NCBI GenBank assembly: GCA_044347905.1
Contig: JBIKTV010000001.1
Location: 1-55,126 of the forward strand
Length of the DNA: 55,126 nt
Source of the DNA: Myxococcota bacterium
GTDB taxonomy: Bacteria > Myxococcota_A > UBA9042
Direction of reading: 5' to 3'
Shown: one piece after another, positions 54,051-55,126 of the stretch
Position numbering within the stretch: position 1 is the first letter of the stretch
Layout of the letters: each line of letters opens with the position of its first letter
Made by a program: the position numbers and the translations under genes
Notes under the pieces: model-generated
Told to the model about the DNA's origin: nothing
What the model saw: only the letters and a program-made list of their open reading frames with translations
The model's database searches: none

Positions 54051-55126
54051 GTCGCACCTTGCGCGCGTTGGCGGCGCTGGCGGCGGCGGTTGTCCTTTAT
54101 GCAGGGCAAGCTCGTGAATCCGTGGCTAGTGAGCCACAGACAAAGGCCAATTCCCAGTTTGAGGTGCCGCATCCCGACCACGCCAAGGGGCCATCGGTCG
54201 CCCAGTTGGCGCTGCGTCCTGGCGAACGGGTTGGCTTGGCTGTGGCCCGGCGGCTGGGCAAACCGAGTCGCGACCGGGCATTGTACAAGCTGATCGCACT
54301 ATTTGACGCCACAGGTCGATTTTCGACATCGCAACTGAACGATCAAGCTCTTAACTCTATGGATAAACCGCTTGATTCGTTGGTGTCGTCGCTGGCCCCA
54401 GGTGTCGACGCCCTCCTCATTGACCGCGCCAACCGCTGGCATTTTGCCGGTCAGATGCGCCAACGCCTCAGCGACGCCCGCGGCGACGAGCCGGCGATGC
54501 AGTCCTTTCGCCAGCCGATCATGAGCACGGCCATTGACGTGGTTCTGCCCGCGGGGCCTGAGGCGGAGCGCCAAGCCCAGAAGGTCTTTGCAATTTTCCG
54601 CGAGGTGGAAAGCGAAATGAATGAGTGGAAGCCGGAGTCGCCGACCTCTCTCATCAATCGCCAAGCTGGCATCGCCCCGGTGGCCGTGAGTGCCGAGCTT
54701 CGCCAGGTCCTGCGCGTGGGCTTGGAGGTCAGCCGCAAGAGCCATGGGGCCTTTGACCCGACCTGGGCGGCGCTGTGGGGCCTGTGGGATTTCTCAGCCA
54801 AATCGCAGGGTAGGGTGCCCACGGCCGACGAACTGGCGCCGCGCCTGCCGCTCATCGACTACCGCCAGGTGCAGATCGACGAGCCCGCCGGCACCGTCAA
54901 GCTGGCCAAAGCCGGCATGAAGCTGGGGCTGGGCGGCATCGCCAAGGGCTGGGCGCTGGCTCAGGCGGGGATTTGGCTTCGCGATCAAGGGGTGGCGAGC
55001 TTTTCTCTCTCTGCGGGAGGCCAAGTGCTGGTCGCAGGGCTGCACGGCCAGCGGCCCTGGCGCGTGGGGATCCGCCATCCGCGCGGTCCGGCGAGCGCGG
55101 TGTTGGCGGTGCTGAGCGTGCGGGAT
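54047..55126 (+). CDS. apbE: FAD:protein FMN transferase (ApbE family) with a ~165-aa N-terminal extension; partial, runs off the window end
   Basis: Not in the ORF track because there is no stop in the window. I translated the frame from the GTG at 54047 (GTGA overlap with the tlpA stop), and it stays open for 360 codons to 55126. Signal peptide LRALAALAAAVVLYAGQA. ApbE blocks MSTAIDVVLP, EVESEMNEWKPESPTSLINRQAG, GAFDPTWAALWGLWDF, LGLGGIAKGWALAQAG. Confidence 0.85.
   Translation, partial: MSRTLRALAALAAAVVLYAGQARESVASEPQTKANSQFEVPHPDHAKGPSVAQLALRPGERVGLAVARRLGKPSRDRALYKLIALFDATGRFSTSQLNDQALNSMDKPLDSLVSSLAPGVDALLIDRANRWHFAGQMRQRLSDARGDEPAMQSFRQPIMSTAIDVVLPAGPEAERQAQKVFAIFREVESEMNEWKPESPTSLINRQAGIAPVAVSAELRQVLRVGLEVSRKSHGAFDPTWAALWGLWDFSAKSQGRVPTADELAPRLPLIDYRQVQIDEPAGTVKLAKAGMKLGLGGIAKGWALAQAGIWLRDQGVASFSLSAGGQVLVAGLHGQRPWRVGIRHPRGPASAVLAVLSVRD

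Overview
High-GC bacterial chromosomal segment, with G/C strongly favoured at third codon positions of the real genes. The gene content points to Myxococcota or a related delta-proteobacterial lineage: many secreted Cys-rich 'eukaryote-like' proteins (RCC1, cbEGF, a fibrinogen-like GGGW domain, START), Ser/Thr kinases, a kinase-fused sigma54 activator, and GC-hydrophobic-Arg C-terminal tails resembling MYXO-CTERM. About 40 genes are supported. In map order they are: menB; an RCC1 lipoprotein; a CusCBA-type heavy-metal RND efflux operon preceded by a small Cys/His-rich ORF; an EF-G paralog with two tandem ATP-grasp genes; an FGE-like gene and a GH15 gene; cyaY plus a 2Fe-2S ferredoxin; a PLC-like plus HEAT-like pair; a giant EGF/fibrinogen-like lipoprotein; cyclophilin plus a TPR protein; thpR; a CHAP/PG-binding hydrolase with a (QQG)n tract; cinA; a 1691-aa kinase-STAND-TPR-GAF-sigma54 activator followed by a second kinase and a radical SAM/SPASM-like enzyme; yihY; START, MaoC and a 632-aa orphan; mgtE; arsR; an MFS transporter; a membrane metallophosphoesterase; and a terminal envelope cluster (heme-motif lipoproteins, a MopE-like protein, DUF4266, DUF3570, TlpA, ApbE). 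I recognised no rRNA, tRNA, CRISPR array, transposase or integrase. The observations most worth follow-up are: (1) the 49.6-55.1 kb envelope redox/metal cluster, which includes an in-frame read-through of a sorting-tail protein into the DUF4266 lipoprotein module and a perfect ApbE-type flavinylation motif; (2) a ~178-nt intergenic element present twice (40.35 kb and 49.31 kb), with a 58-nt perfect core and a compensatory base-pair change in a hairpin; (3) the kinase/sigma54 mega-regulator neighbourhood; (4) a well-coded 632-aa orphan in an apparent operon with a MaoC dehydratase; (5) a REP/MITE-like nested-hairpin element at 22.55 kb. All family calls come from motifs read by eye. No database search was possible, and many start codons are uncertain.
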